DNA of 64,000 bases, taken from positions 104,462 to 168,461 of the forward strand of contig MGCQ01000001.1 of NCBI GenBank assembly GCA_001790445.1. The letters are read 5' to 3'. The notes beneath the pieces are model-generated. The model ran no database searches, was not told the DNA's origin, and was given only the letters and a program-made list of their open reading frames with translations. The position numbers and the translations under genes were made by a program. This DNA is from Candidatus Saccharibacteria bacterium RIFCSPHIGHO2_12_FULL_41_12. Lineage in GTDB: Bacteria > Patescibacteriota > Saccharimonadia > Saccharimonadales > 2-12-FULL-41-12. This document shows, in pieces, positions 10,699 through 20,476 of this stretch; the stretch's first letter is position 1, and each line of letters opens with the position of its first letter.

Positions 10699-11586
10699 TC
10701 ATGATTTGACTGCCTCTGCACCACCAACTATCTCAGCTATCTCTTGGGTTATTGCTGCCTGACGAGCAGTATTTAATGCCAAGGTCAAATCTTCAATAAT
10801 ATCTCCGGCATTATCGCTAGCGTTTTTCATAGCCATCATTCTCATACTTTGTTCACTAGCACCTGCCTCGAGCAGTGCTTGCCAGAGCTGTACTTCTATC
10901 AGACGAATGCCCACACTTTCAATAATTTCTTCAACAGATGGCTCAAAAATAGCCACCTCAAGTGGCGACAACTCGCGGGTTTCAGTCTTTTTGTCATCTG
11001 GATCGATAAGGTAGGGAATCAAAGCTACAGAGACAACTTCTTGGCGGATACTTGAGATAAATTGAGTATAGACGACCTTGACTCTATCTATTTTTTTTTG
11101 TAAATAGTGTGAAGTTATCACCTCAATCATTGGAGCGATCGCTTGTGGGCTCGGGTGATCTCCTAGCATTGGGTAGGCACTGTGGTGATTCAAGCCTTTA
11201 TGTTTTGCTACAAATTTACCAGCATATCGTCCAATTGAAATAACATCTGTATTGATTTTGTCCGCTTTGTTTTGTTTAATGATTTCTATAAATTTCTTTA
11301 ATACGTTTGAGTTATATGCACCGGCTAGTCCTTGGTCACTACAGACAACAACTAGTAGCTCATTTTTAACAGGTCTATTGGCAAATAAATCATCAAGTTT
11401 GGCATCTGAGACACTCGATAGTTGACCGATTAGCAGCCGTGCTTGTTCCTTAAAAGGTCGTGAATTAATCGCATATTCCTGGGCGTGGCGCATCTTGCTA
11501 GCGGACACAAGTTCCATCGCCTTCGTAATCTGGCGCGTGTTTTTGACGCTAGTAATCCGTCTTTTAAGAGTAGTTACGCCTGCCAT
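10699..11586 (-). CDS. atpG: F1 ATP synthase gamma subunit
   Basis: 295 aa. N-terminal RI.SVKNT.QITKAM and C-terminal ITQEI.EIV.GA motifs. Confidence 0.95.
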   Translation of the reverse strand: MAGVTTLKRRITSVKNTRQITKAMELVSASKMRHAQEYAINSRPFKEQARLLIGQLSSVSDAKLDDLFANRPVKNELLVVVCSDQGLAGAYNSNVLKKFIEIIKQNKADKINTDVISIGRYAGKFVAKHKGLNHHSAYPMLGDHPSPQAIAPMIEVITSHYLQKKIDRVKVVYTQFISSIRQEVVSVALIPYLIDPDDKKTETRELSPLEVAIFEPSVEEIIESVGIRLIEVQLWQALLEAGASEQSMRMMAMKNASDNAGDIIEDLTLALNTARQAAITQEIAEIVGGAEAVKS

Positions 11587-11592
11587 ATTTGT

Positions 11593-13119
11593 TTATTTGT
11601 ACTCCTCACCAATCGTCTTCGCGACATCTATGATTGTCTTTTTCATGGCGTCTGTTGGCTTATCGCCCTTGTTAAGCTCATTCATAAGTTTGGTGTGTTT
11701 AGAACCCAAACGGGATAATAGTGCTTGTTTTGCTTGTTGGATTTTATTCACTGCGACTTTATCAAAAGCACCCTCTATAGCCGCTATCAACATCGCTGTT
11801 TGTTCCCATACTGAATATGGCAAGTACTGAGGTTGCTTGAGTAATTCTGTTAGTCGTTGTCCGCGATCAATGCGGTGTTTGGTCTCAGCATCAAGGTCAG
11901 TAGAAAACTGAGCAAATGCTGCCAACTCTCTAAATTGAGCTAGGTTGAGGCGGAGACTACCAGCTACACTTTTTATAGCTTTTGTCTGAGCTGATCCACC
12001 AACACGTGACACAGATAAACCTACAGAAATAGCCGGACGAATACCTTGATAAAACAGGTTAGTTTCAAGAAATATTTGACCATCCGTAATAGAGATAACA
12101 TTGGTTGGAATGTACGCACTGACATCTCCCGCCTGTGTCTCGATGATTGGCAGGGCAGTCAAACTACCGCCCCCAAGTTCATCAGATAATTTAGCAGATC
12201 GCTCTAAAAGGCGTGAATGCAAATAGAAAACATCTCCGGGGAAGGCTTCTCGCCCTGGTGGACGTCGGAGTAGCAAGCTCATTTGCCGGTACGCATTCGC
12301 ATGCTTGGAAAGATCATCATGAATAATCAAGGCATGCTGGCCATTATCACGGAAATATTCTCCCATAGCTGTACCTGAATATGGAGCAAGGTATTGCATA
12401 GAAGCAGCTTCAGAAGCGGACGTAGCGACCACGATAGTCTGTTCCATGACACCTTCACTTGCCAATCTCTCAACAAGCTTGGCTACCTTACTTGTCTTTT
12501 GTCCTATTGCAACATAAATATTGATAACTCCGGTTTTTTGACGATATTGGTTGACCATAGTATCGACTGCGACTGCGGTTTTACCTGTCTGTCTATCACC
12601 AATGAGAAGCTCTCTCTGTCCACGACCAATAGGTACCATAGCGTCAATCGCCATAATGCCAGTCATAAGAGGTTCATGGACACCCTTTCGAGCTAGGACT
12701 CCTGGGGCATGGTTTTCGATCAAACCGGTTTTTTTGGCTTTTATGGGGCCTTTTCCATCAAGTGGTTTACCTAAGGGGTCAACAACCCGTCCAACCAGCT
12801 CTGGACCAACCGGGACACTAAGAGGCTTGCCCGTCAAACGGACACGAGCACCTGCTGACACCGCCAGTTCATCTCCTAGTAACACTGCGCCAATTTCGTT
12901 CTCAGCCAAGTTTAGAGCAAATGCTGTGACTTTATTGCCAGCCGTACCTTCAATTTCCAGTAGCTCATAAGAACCACAAGAACGTAGTCCATAGATCCAC
13001 GCGACCCCATCACCAACACGAGTAACTACTCCTGTTTCCTGAACGTCTGGTAAGTCTTTAATCTCTTCGATGGCTTTTTTGATGTCATTTGACAGTTCTT
13101 TTACTGATATTTGGCTCAT
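11593..13119 (-). CDS. atpA: F1 ATP synthase alpha subunit
   Basis: 508 aa. GDRQTGKT Walker A and typical alpha-subunit conservation. Confidence 0.97.
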   Translation of the reverse strand: MSQISVKELSNDIKKAIEEIKDLPDVQETGVVTRVGDGVAWIYGLRSCGSYELLEIEGTAGNKVTAFALNLAENEIGAVLLGDELAVSAGARVRLTGKPLSVPVGPELVGRVVDPLGKPLDGKGPIKAKKTGLIENHAPGVLARKGVHEPLMTGIMAIDAMVPIGRGQRELLIGDRQTGKTAVAVDTMVNQYRQKTGVINIYVAIGQKTSKVAKLVERLASEGVMEQTIVVATSASEAASMQYLAPYSGTAMGEYFRDNGQHALIIHDDLSKHANAYRQMSLLLRRPPGREAFPGDVFYLHSRLLERSAKLSDELGGGSLTALPIIETQAGDVSAYIPTNVISITDGQIFLETNLFYQGIRPAISVGLSVSRVGGSAQTKAIKSVAGSLRLNLAQFRELAAFAQFSTDLDAETKHRIDRGQRLTELLKQPQYLPYSVWEQTAMLIAAIEGAFDKVAVNKIQQAKQALLSRLGSKHTKLMNELNKGDKPTDAMKKTIIDVAKTIGEEYK

Positions 13120-13139
13120 TGTTGCTTGTCTGTACCTTT

Positions 13140-13517
13140 CTACTTATCTATACTCGATTTTATATAATTTAGCTGACTTTTCAGACTTCTGTCTATCAGG
13201 TAATTTGCAGATTCAATTCTAATTCCTCCAAGTAGGGCAGGGTTAACTTTTGTATGAATAATTATTTCTTTTGCGCCCTGGAAATTTTTCTTAAAATAAG
13301 TTCTAATGCTGTCCAACTGTTTCTGCTGAAGTTCATGGGCAGAAGCTACGCTTATTTCAAATACACCTCTGGTTTCTCTGGTTGTCATAACGTCACGCAT
13401 TAATGAGTCAAGTTGAGATGTTTGCTTGGTGTCTATCAAATAACTTGCGACTTGCTTTGCTAAACCTTTGCTGGCAAACTCTTGATCAATGTAGCCAGCG
13501 ATTTTATGACTCTGCAT
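13140..13517 (-). CDS. atpH: F1 ATP synthase delta (OSCP) subunit, unusually short
   Basis: 125 aa. Called from its operon position and the C-terminal LLGGIRIE…IDRSLKSQL motif. Confidence 0.75.
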   Translation of the reverse strand: MQSHKIAGYIDQEFASKGLAKQVASYLIDTKQTSQLDSLMRDVMTTRETRGVFEISVASAHELQQKQLDSIRTYFKKNFQGAKEIIIHTKVNPALLGGIRIESANYLIDRSLKSQLNYIKSSIDK

Positions 13518-13520
13518 GGA

Positions 13521-14075
13521 TTATTTACTCTTTCCTCTGCTAAGTGAATCTTCAATCATGGCCTTGTCCTCGACAGATTTGACTTTTTTGCCAATCAATT
13601 TTTCTGTTGTGTCAACAACCAAAGAGACAATTTCTGCCTTGAGGTTGCGACGTGACCGCTCTGATTCTTCTTCGATTTTCTTCTTGGCATCTTCAATCAT
13701 CTTGTCTGTTAGTTTGGTTGCGTTCAGCTCGGCTTTATACAGCATATCTTCTGACTGAGCTTTTGTTTCACTGAGTATCTCGTCTGCTTGCTCACGCGCT
13801 TGCACTCTGAGTTTGGCGACATCTTTTTCAAGTTTTTCTTTTTGCAGAGTCATATCTTGAGCTGATTTTATACCTTGTTCTATGGTCTTTTGTCTCTTGT
13901 CAAGAATATCTACAGCTCGTCCAAAAACATATTTTTTGAGAACATAAAAGACAATCAAAAAAGTCAGCAGTTGAATTATAAAAGCTTTTAGGTCAATGCC
14001 CAGTGCGCCAAAACCACCAGCTTCCTCAGCAGAAGATGTTTCGCTAGCAAATTGTGTAAGTAAAATATTGACCAC
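13521..14075 (-). CDS. atpF: Fo ATP synthase subunit b
   Basis: 184 aa. Single TM followed by a long charged coiled coil, at the expected operon position. Confidence 0.85.
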   Translation of the reverse strand: MVNILLTQFASETSSAEEAGGFGALGIDLKAFIIQLLTFLIVFYVLKKYVFGRAVDILDKRQKTIEQGIKSAQDMTLQKEKLEKDVAKLRVQAREQADEILSETKAQSEDMLYKAELNATKLTDKMIEDAKKKIEEESERSRRNLKAEIVSLVVDTTEKLIGKKVKSVEDKAMIEDSLSRGKSK

Positions 14076-14101
14076 TACTACTTTTAATTCTTCCTATATT
14101 C

Positions 14102-14332
14102 TTATTTGATGATAAATATTGATGCAAATGCGATCAATCCAAAAAGCTCAGCCATAGCGACAAACACAAATAGTTGCCCTAAGAACTTAGCCGATTCTGG
14201 GTTACGACTGACGGCAGCCATATAGCTAGCCCCAAGCAAACCAATAGCGATTGCCGGACCCATTCCTCCAAACCCAACCAAAATCCCTTTGGCCAAAACT
14301 GCTGTATTAACTGTTTCTGCTAATATATCCAT
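14102..14332 (-). CDS. atpE: Fo ATP synthase subunit c
   Basis: 76 aa. Two-helix hairpin with a loop RNPE motif and a carboxylate (AMAELFGL). Confidence 0.9.
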   Translation of the reverse strand: MDILAETVNTAVLAKGILVGFGGMGPAIAIGLLGASYMAAVSRNPESAKFLGQLFVFVAMAELFGLIAFASIFIIK

Positions 14333-14406
14333 TATTTCTCCTTAATTACTTTCATTACTTATATTTTACACCTTGTTATTAAACCTTACCAATACCAATC
14401 TATCTT

Positions 14407-15189
14407 TTATGCGCTAACCTCATCACTATCATGAGAATGAGACAGAGCGACAGATAGATAAGAAACGGTTAGGATAACAAAAATATACGCTTGAAGCAAG
14501 CCAATAAACACTTCCATCAGGGTAAAAGGCACCGCCGTCAAAAAGCCTAAAGCTCCACCAAGATATGCAAAAATAGCGATCAAAATTTCTCCTATAACCA
14601 CATTGAGAAAGAGTCGAAGAGCCAGACTAAAGAGCCTCGTAAACTCTTGAAATACCTCCATTAGACCAATCAGATAGGTGAGTGGGTTAAACAAACTGCC
14701 TGCAAAATAATGCCGGAGGTGTTGTTGTGACCCAGATTCCTTGATCGCAAAAACTTGCACCAAAATAATCGCTACCAGAGCCATACTCAAAGTTCCGTTA
14801 AAATCAGCTGTAAATGGCCGGAGCAAAGCAGTCCCATCATAAGTAAAAGATTTACCGACAAAGGGCAGCAAACCCATCCAGTTATTAATCAGCACAAAGA
14901 AAAATATTGTCGCAAAATACGGCGTGTATTTGCGGGCTCTTTCCTGAGTACCAAGACTGTTAGCTGTCGTAGAATGAATAAACTCAACGCCAAAATCCAG
15001 TATCTGTGCTGGTCCATGACTGCCGTTGACAGTAATCTTTTTGACGCCATAAATAAGTGCAACAATTATTAAGGTGCAGACAATCCACCCATAGATCATT
15101 GAGTTTGTTATGGTCACGCCACCAATGTTAAATAACTTCTCTGGTGCAATAGCAATATGCGGGCCTTCAGAGGCAAAAAAACTAAACAT
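14407..15189 (-). CDS. atpB: Fo ATP synthase subunit a
   Basis: 260 aa polytopic protein. Conserved LSLALRLF.N arginine motif. Confidence 0.9.
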   Translation of the reverse strand: MFSFFASEGPHIAIAPEKLFNIGGVTITNSMIYGWIVCTLIIVALIYGVKKITVNGSHGPAQILDFGVEFIHSTTANSLGTQERARKYTPYFATIFFFVLINNWMGLLPFVGKSFTYDGTALLRPFTADFNGTLSMALVAIILVQVFAIKESGSQQHLRHYFAGSLFNPLTYLIGLMEVFQEFTRLFSLALRLFLNVVIGEILIAIFAYLGGALGFLTAVPFTLMEVFIGLLQAYIFVILTVSYLSVALSHSHDSDEVSA

Positions 15190-15433
15190 TTTCTACTGCT
15201 TTGTTTATTTTTTTGACTTCGTGAATTATCGTAGCGATAGATACACCTAGCCCACCAATAACACCTGCTATTATCTTCGGGATTTCACCATTAGCCCAAA
15301 CAAGCGCTACAAAAAAAGGCGTCAGAAAACTTATTGCTAATTTCCAGGACATATCAAAAAGATAGAAGAAAAATATTTTTCTCAGTTTATCGGCTTTTTC
15401 GCTAGTTTTTGGCGCTATTTTTGCGTCTTTCAT
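15182..15433 (-). CDS. AtpZ/AtpI-like small membrane protein, first gene of the atp operon
   Basis: 83 aa with two TM helices. Overlaps the atpB start by 8 nt. Confidence 0.6.
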   Translation of the reverse strand: MKDAKIAPKTSEKADKLRKIFFFYLFDMSWKLAISFLTPFFVALVWANGEIPKIIAGVIGGLGVSIATIIHEVKKINKAVENV

Positions 15434-15443
15434 TACTAGACGT

Positions 15444-15472
15444 ATTATAGCAGATTAACTCCTGTCACACAA
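15444..15472 (-). promoter_or_regulatory. atp operon promoter (TTGTGT-17 nt-TATAAT), near-leaderless
   Basis: On the minus strand the -35 TTGTGT (15467-72) and -10 TATAAT (15444-49) are separated by a 17-nt spacer. The ATG at 15433 lies 10 nt after the -10. Confidence 0.6.
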
Positions 15473-15793
15473 GTATCGACATAAAATCTACAACTAAACG
15501 GCTATCTTATCAGCTCAAGTTGATCATTATCTAATAGTCTTTCGATCTTTCTCGCGAATTGCAAGATAGTGAAGCCACTTGATGGAGGAGAAAAATCATG
15601 TTGGTTGCTGTCATTACCTTCAGATAGCTCAATCTCTAGCATAAGCATACTACATCATTTTTACAACTATCCGTCTACGCTCGTAAATTTTACGCTTTCA
15701 ACCAATATCATTTTTTATACACGTGTACCAAAAATGATATTTATGGCCTAGTCGGGAGCTGATTGATGCAATTATAATGTGGCATAATGTATA

Positions 15794-16366
15794 GTGATGG
15801 ATTTGAAGGATTATAAGAAAAAGGGTTCGCTTGTGTTGGTTTATACAGGTGAGGGCAAGGGCAAAACCAGTGCTTCTATTGGATTGATGGCGCGGTCTCT
15901 TGGCGGTGGTTGGAGCGTGGCATTTATACAATTTATCAAGACTTGGAACGTTGGCGAGCATGATTTTATACATATGATAGAGCCTGTCTTTAAGAAAAAA
16001 TTGCACTTTTATAAGGGCGGGAAAGGTTTTTATAACGCTGGCAAGCTAAGCGCAAAAGATGTCACGGAGGTGGAGCACAAAAAAGCTGCAGAGCAAACAT
16101 ACCAAGAAGCACTTAAATGCGTGACAAGCGGCAAGTTTGACCTTGTAATCTGCGACGAGATCAACAATGCCGTCCACGACAAGCTTTTGCCTAAGAAAAA
16201 AATGGAAAATTTAATCACCAAAAAGCACCCCAAAACCAGCCTTTGTCTCACCGGGCGCAACTTCCCAAAAGATTTACTACCAAAAATAGACATAGCCACC
16301 GACATGACCAAAATAAAACACCATTTTGACGACAAATACCTTGCCAACCCCGGCATTGATTATTAG
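15794..16366 (+). CDS. cobO: Cob(I)yrinic acid a,c-diamide adenosyltransferase (CobO/BtuR family)
   Basis: 190 aa. GEGKGKTSA P-loop, QFIK, CDEI and the C-terminal PGIDY all match BtuR/CobO. Confidence 0.85.
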   Translation: MMDLKDYKKKGSLVLVYTGEGKGKTSASIGLMARSLGGGWSVAFIQFIKTWNVGEHDFIHMIEPVFKKKLHFYKGGKGFYNAGKLSAKDVTEVEHKKAAEQTYQEALKCVTSGKFDLVICDEINNAVHDKLLPKKKMENLITKKHPKTSLCLTGRNFPKDLLPKIDIATDMTKIKHHFDDKYLANPGIDY

Positions 16367-16396
16367 TTAATTCTGTGTTATAATTTTAATTAATTT

Positions 16397-16624
16397 ATTA
16401 GTCGTAGTAACGAAGTTTTAAGAAAGGCAAAAAGAGCTGCGCCAGTAGCGCTGAGCATTTTTGCAATGACAGTGGCTGCTGGTTGCGGCAATGAGCCAAA
16501 GTCACCTCAAAAACCAGCTGTTAGCCCACAAATAGGTAAAGGTGTTGAAAGTTGCACAACGATTCCTCCTGTCAATATTGAGAAAAAGGCACAGTTAATG
16601 TCTCTACCCCTAAAGGTCATATGA
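16397..16624 (+). CDS. Possible small lipoprotein with no canonical start codon (ATT 16397 suggested)
   Basis: Frame 2 is open from the stop at 16391-93. It encodes …LRKAKRAAPVALSIFAMTVAAGC|GNE, a classic lipobox signal. No ATG/GTG/TTG lies upstream of the signal peptide. It ends in an ATGA overlap with the next ORF. Confidence 0.35.
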   Translation: MSRSNEVLRKAKRAAPVALSIFAMTVAAGCGNEPKSPQKPAVSPQIGKGVESCTTIPPVNIEKKAQLMSLPLKVI

Positions 16625-16929
16625 TTTCGTTCAAAAACGTTGGTAGAAAAGGTCCTGGGGGGAGCGGTAGATCTCTGGATGCAGAGAATGACATTTTGAT
16701 CGTTAGTCAGCGAAATGCGCAAAAACCTGATGATATTCTCCCTATATTTGAAGCCACGAATGAAAAAGTCATTACTTTTGGCACAGAAGTAGTGATAAAT
16801 TTGAGTTCTACTCCAAGTCCAGAAGCTATTAAGATAGCGGGTGAAGTCTGTGATACATTTGATCCTGCGCAAGGGACATCACCCACAGCACCGGATACAA
16901 CGTCGAAGCTCAAGCACTCTCCGCTCTAA
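16621..16929 (+). CDS. Hypothetical protein. Either a separate coupled gene or the C-terminal part of a frameshifted lipoprotein
   Basis: 102-aa ORF. Its ATG overlaps the upstream TGA (ATGA). Confidence 0.4.
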   Translation: MISFKNVGRKGPGGSGRSLDAENDILIVSQRNAQKPDDILPIFEATNEKVITFGTEVVINLSSTPSPEAIKIAGEVCDTFDPAQGTSPTAPDTTSKLKHSPL

Positions 16930-16981
16930 TAATTGCCTTCGTGCCTACTGCGATTAATTATGTAACTGTTATAGTTAATTA

Positions 16982-17512
16982 GTGACCAAAAAACAAATTA
17001 CAAAAATAATTCAAGCGTTGGTACTGTTACTAATTATCTATTTTGGCATAAGCCCAAACATTGGTGGGGTCAAGATAAATTCATCTGCAGTTGTACGTGA
17101 CGCTAGCTATTACAATGTTTCGAAAGTTTATGACGGCGACACGATAGAGGTCGATATGTTAGGCAACCACGAAAAGATCCGCATGATCGGGGTCAATACT
17201 CCAGAGACTCACGATCCACGCAAACCAGTTGAATGTTTTGGGCAGGCTGCCAGCGACTTCACACACAGCCAGCTAGACGGCAAAAAGGTCAGGCTGGAAG
17301 CCGACCCAATCAACCAGAACCGCGATAGATATGATCGACTACTGCGATATATTTACTTAGAAGATGGCACGCTATACAATGCCAAATTGGTAGAAGAAGG
17401 TTACGGCTTTGCCTTGACACACTTCCCATTTACCAAAGCAGACCAGTTTGTCCAACTTGAAAAGCGGGCAAGAGAACAAAGCAAAGGTCTCTGGACCAGC
17501 TGCCCACAGTAG
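16982..17512 (+). CDS. Thermonuclease (staphylococcal nuclease/SNase) family, membrane-anchored or secreted
   Basis: 176 aa, GTG start, N-terminal TM. YDGDTIEV, IRMIGVNTPE and DRYDRLLRYIY…AKLVEEGYG motifs. Confidence 0.85.
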   Translation: MTKKQITKIIQALVLLLIIYFGISPNIGGVKINSSAVVRDASYYNVSKVYDGDTIEVDMLGNHEKIRMIGVNTPETHDPRKPVECFGQAASDFTHSQLDGKKVRLEADPINQNRDRYDRLLRYIYLEDGTLYNAKLVEEGYGFALTHFPFTKADQFVQLEKRAREQSKGLWTSCPQ

Positions 17513-17518
17513 AGAAAT

Positions 17519-18328
17519 TCAAGCAAACTTTTTGAGTATGGCTCTTTGAGCGGTTTCAATATGGGTAGAAATAGCAACAATAAACGTGCTTATATAGGAA
17601 AGAACAGCTAAGATTCGCCAAGATTTATAGCCATATTTTCTGTAAGTCAAATACCACCGTGATAAATATTGAATCAAATCCGTAAGCTGCAAGCTTGTTC
17701 TTTGCATTATGCCCACTATATTGTTGGACATAAAGTTGATTTTCATGTCTCTCGCACTTGCACGCAAACTTAGATCAGAGTCCTCATGGTAGCGAATGTC
17801 GTCAAGCCAAGGCTTATCATCTAGCTTAGCCCACATATCTGCTGGCAGGGCCATGTTTGATCCGTTAAAAGCATAATTTCCAGTCAAAAGTTTCGGAATT
17901 CGATAATATTGCAACGTAAAAAATATTTTCACTATATTCTTAAAAGGTCTGTTGCGGATAAAGATAGGACCTGTCACTGCGGTTTTGATATTTCTTGGTT
18001 GTGAATAATAGTCCTGAATTTTCTCCACCCAATCTTCGGGGATGATACTGTCAGCGTCAATTCGACCGATTATATCCGACTTTGCTGCTCTAAATCCAGC
18101 ATTTCTGGCATATGATATGCCTTGTTGATTAGCCTTGATGACACGAGCAAATTTGTATTTTTTAGCAATACTAATAGTGTTGTCAGTGCAGTTATTATCA
18201 ACTATGATAACTTCGCTGGGCTGAACAGTTTGAGCAGCAATAGCGTCGAGACAATCTGCGATACAATCTTCTTCGTTATAACAGGGAATAACTATTGTAA
18301 GTGCTAACGCTTTTTTGATATTATTCAT
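17519..18328 (-). CDS. Family 2 glycosyltransferase
   Basis: 269 aa. VIPCYNEE, VDNNCTDNT and DAD motifs, with a C-terminal TM. Confidence 0.8.
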   Translation of the reverse strand: MNNIKKALALTIVIPCYNEEDCIADCLDAIAAQTVQPSEVIIVDNNCTDNTISIAKKYKFARVIKANQQGISYARNAGFRAAKSDIIGRIDADSIIPEDWVEKIQDYYSQPRNIKTAVTGPIFIRNRPFKNIVKIFFTLQYYRIPKLLTGNYAFNGSNMALPADMWAKLDDKPWLDDIRYHEDSDLSLRASARDMKINFMSNNIVGIMQRTSLQLTDLIQYLSRWYLTYRKYGYKSWRILAVLSYISTFIVAISTHIETAQRAILKKFA

Positions 18329-18348
18329 ATTAGTTACACCAATTATAC

Positions 18349-19443
18349 ATGAAGAAAAGACAAATTAGGCAATTACTCAGACGAGCCAGGAGACGCTGGT
18401 GGAAGTTTAACCATGCCCACAAATTGCTTGATATTGTCTTGTTGGCATTACTAATTTTTACAATTTTTTCATATACAACTGGTCAGTACTACATCCACAA
18501 ACACAGAAACGAACCTCTTAATTTTGGCGTTACCTTTGTCCCGAGGTATGCCAGATATTATGGACTTGACCCTAAAGAAGTTATGGATGGAGCAATCAAA
18601 GATCTTGTGATTAGAAATTTTCGGCTGGTAAGCTATTGGAGCGATATCGAAAAGAAACAGGGCGAGTATGACTTTTCGGAACTTGACTGGCAATTTCAAA
18701 AAGCAGAAGAATCAAACTCAAAAGTGAGTCTAGCAATTGGCTTGCGACAACCACGGTGGCCAGAATGCCATATGCCGACTTGGGCCCAAAATACGCCTAA
18801 AGAAGACTGGCAACCCGCGCTAAATAATTTCATGGAAACTGTGATCAAGCGGTACAAATCAAGCCCAGCTCTTGATAGTTACCAACTAGAAAACGAGTAC
18901 TTTCTTAACGTCTTTGGAGAATGCACAGACTTTAGCAGAGATAGACTCGTTACCGAATATAATTCGGTCAAAAAACTAGACCCTGATCACAAACTAATAG
19001 TCAGTCGTAGCAATAACTGGGGCGGATACCCAATGAACAAACCGATCCCTGATGAATTCGCCATGTCGGTATACAAGAGAGTCTGGGACAAATCCATGAC
19101 AAAAAGATACATTGAATACCCATATCCGCCATGGTTTTACTCATCACTAGCCGGTGTTCAAGAACTCATACACGGCAAGACAATGCGGATTCACGAGCTC
19201 CAAGCAGAGGCTTGGCTACCAGAAAACAAGGGCTTTACGATGAATAATGTCAATGATATCCCAGAGCAGAACAAATCAATGAATGCAGAAATCCTGCAAA
19301 AACGAATTAAATACGGCGTAGATACTGGGATGCGTGATATTGACCTGTGGGGCTTTGAGTGGTGGTATTGGCAGAAGCAAAACGGTCACCCAGAACTCTG
19401 GGACACTGCCAAAGACCAAATCCAATATTATTCAAACAACTAG
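18349..19443 (+). CDS. Membrane-anchored clan GH-A (GH5/GH42-like) glycoside hydrolase
   Basis: 364 aa with an N-terminal TM. W…IEKKQGEYDF and YQLENEY (NE acid/base-like) motifs. The family assignment is approximate. Confidence 0.5.
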   Translation: MKKRQIRQLLRRARRRWWKFNHAHKLLDIVLLALLIFTIFSYTTGQYYIHKHRNEPLNFGVTFVPRYARYYGLDPKEVMDGAIKDLVIRNFRLVSYWSDIEKKQGEYDFSELDWQFQKAEESNSKVSLAIGLRQPRWPECHMPTWAQNTPKEDWQPALNNFMETVIKRYKSSPALDSYQLENEYFLNVFGECTDFSRDRLVTEYNSVKKLDPDHKLIVSRSNNWGGYPMNKPIPDEFAMSVYKRVWDKSMTKRYIEYPYPPWFYSSLAGVQELIHGKTMRIHELQAEAWLPENKGFTMNNVNDIPEQNKSMNAEILQKRIKYGVDTGMRDIDLWGFEWWYWQKQNGHPELWDTAKDQIQYYSNN

Positions 19444-19475
19444 CAATCCATCGCTATCTGTTAGATAATAAAGAG

Positions 19476-19931
19476 ATGGCAAAGAAGCAGAAACCGCCTC
19501 ACCAGATATTAAATCGTCGTGCTAGTTTTGATTACCAAATACTAGAGTCTTTTCAGGCTGGGCTGGTTTTGACAGGCAAAGAGACAAAGGCTATCCGAAT
19601 GGGCAAGGCAGATCTGAGTGGTGCATACGTCAATTTTGTCAGTGGGGAACTGTGGCTAATTGGTGCGACTGTCTTTGGCACCACAGGAATTCCTATCAGC
19701 GACGTAGAGCAAAAACAAAATCGTAAATTGCTTTTGAAAAAAAACGAGCTTAAAAAACTTCTAGAAAAAAAACAAACTGGCATGGCTATCATCCCCCTAA
19801 AGATCAATAATAAAAGCCGTTATATTAAAATAGAAATCGCCCTAGCCAAAGGCAAGAGGGAATACGACAAACGTCAAACCATCAAAAAACGAGATACAGA
19901 CCGCGACCTCCGCAGAAAGGCTAGCATTTGA
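19476..19931 (+). CDS. smpB: SsrA-binding protein
   Basis: The ORF is open from 19359, but the SmpB homology starts at ATG 19476 (MAKKQK…NRRASFDY…GLVLTG.E.K). Basic C-terminal tail. Confidence 0.9.
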   Translation: MAKKQKPPHQILNRRASFDYQILESFQAGLVLTGKETKAIRMGKADLSGAYVNFVSGELWLIGATVFGTTGIPISDVEQKQNRKLLLKKNELKKLLEKKQTGMAIIPLKINNKSRYIKIEIALAKGKREYDKRQTIKKRDTDRDLRRKASI

Positions 19932-20467
19932 GCCCTGAGGAACAAGCCAAAATTGTTGAACTGATTGTAGCAGGCAAAGTTGCCATAATGCCCACAGATA
20001 CCATATATGGTATAGTTGGGCAGGCTGTAAATCCTGCAGTCGTGGAGCGTATTTATCAAGTCAAGGACAGAAAACATACTAAACCTTTTGTAGTTCTGGT
20101 GTCTGATTATTCTCAGCTTGAACCACTCGGAACTCATATCAACTCACATCAAAAAGATTACTTAGAAACAATTTGGCCAGGCCCCGTCAGTGTGGTTATT
20201 CCAACGGATAGCCTGGAATTTCTGCACAGAGGCACAGCGTCACTAGCAGTGCGTATGCCCAAGCCCTCGTGGCTTAAACAAATTATTGACCAAACCGGCC
20301 CGATAGTTGCCACCAGCGCCAACCTAGCAGACGGGCAGTACGTCCATGACTTATCTTTTATCTCTCAAAAATTCCAAGGTTCGGTCGACTACATTTCAAA
20401 ACATAAGATCCCAAAATCCAACCCCTCACGAATCATCAATATTGTGAATAAAGCAAATTTAAGATAA
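19928..20467 (+). CDS. tsaC: L-threonylcarbamoyladenylate synthase (TsaC/YrdC family)
   Basis: 179 aa. The TTG start overlaps the smpB stop. PTDTIYGI, KP. and ATSANL motifs. Confidence 0.8.
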   Translation: MSPEEQAKIVELIVAGKVAIMPTDTIYGIVGQAVNPAVVERIYQVKDRKHTKPFVVLVSDYSQLEPLGTHINSHQKDYLETIWPGPVSVVIPTDSLEFLHRGTASLAVRMPKPSWLKQIIDQTGPIVATSANLADGQYVHDLSFISQKFQGSVDYISKHKIPKSNPSRIINIVNKANLR

Positions 20468-20476
20468 TATATCTTA

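Noticed and set aside
12394-12970. Long antisense ORFs within atpA (12394..12696, 12551..12970), with similar ones in atpD, atpG and the RND gene
   Set aside because: They lie opposite strongly conserved coding sequence, and their low-complexity Ser/Pro/Thr/Arg translations are typical antisense artefacts.
15434-15793. Cobalamin riboswitch upstream of cobO (a GCCACTT segment at ~15583)
   Set aside because: Only a short resemblance to the GCCACTG element was seen. No B12-box or the surrounding conserved helices were recognisable.
16619-16624. In-frame TGA at 16622 as a sign of an alternative genetic code (TGA read as Gly or Trp in some CPR lineages)
   Set aside because: Many well-conserved genes in the window (atpD, atpA, gltX, pyrH) end at TGA with normal lengths and have no internal TGA. 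The standard code 11 fits.
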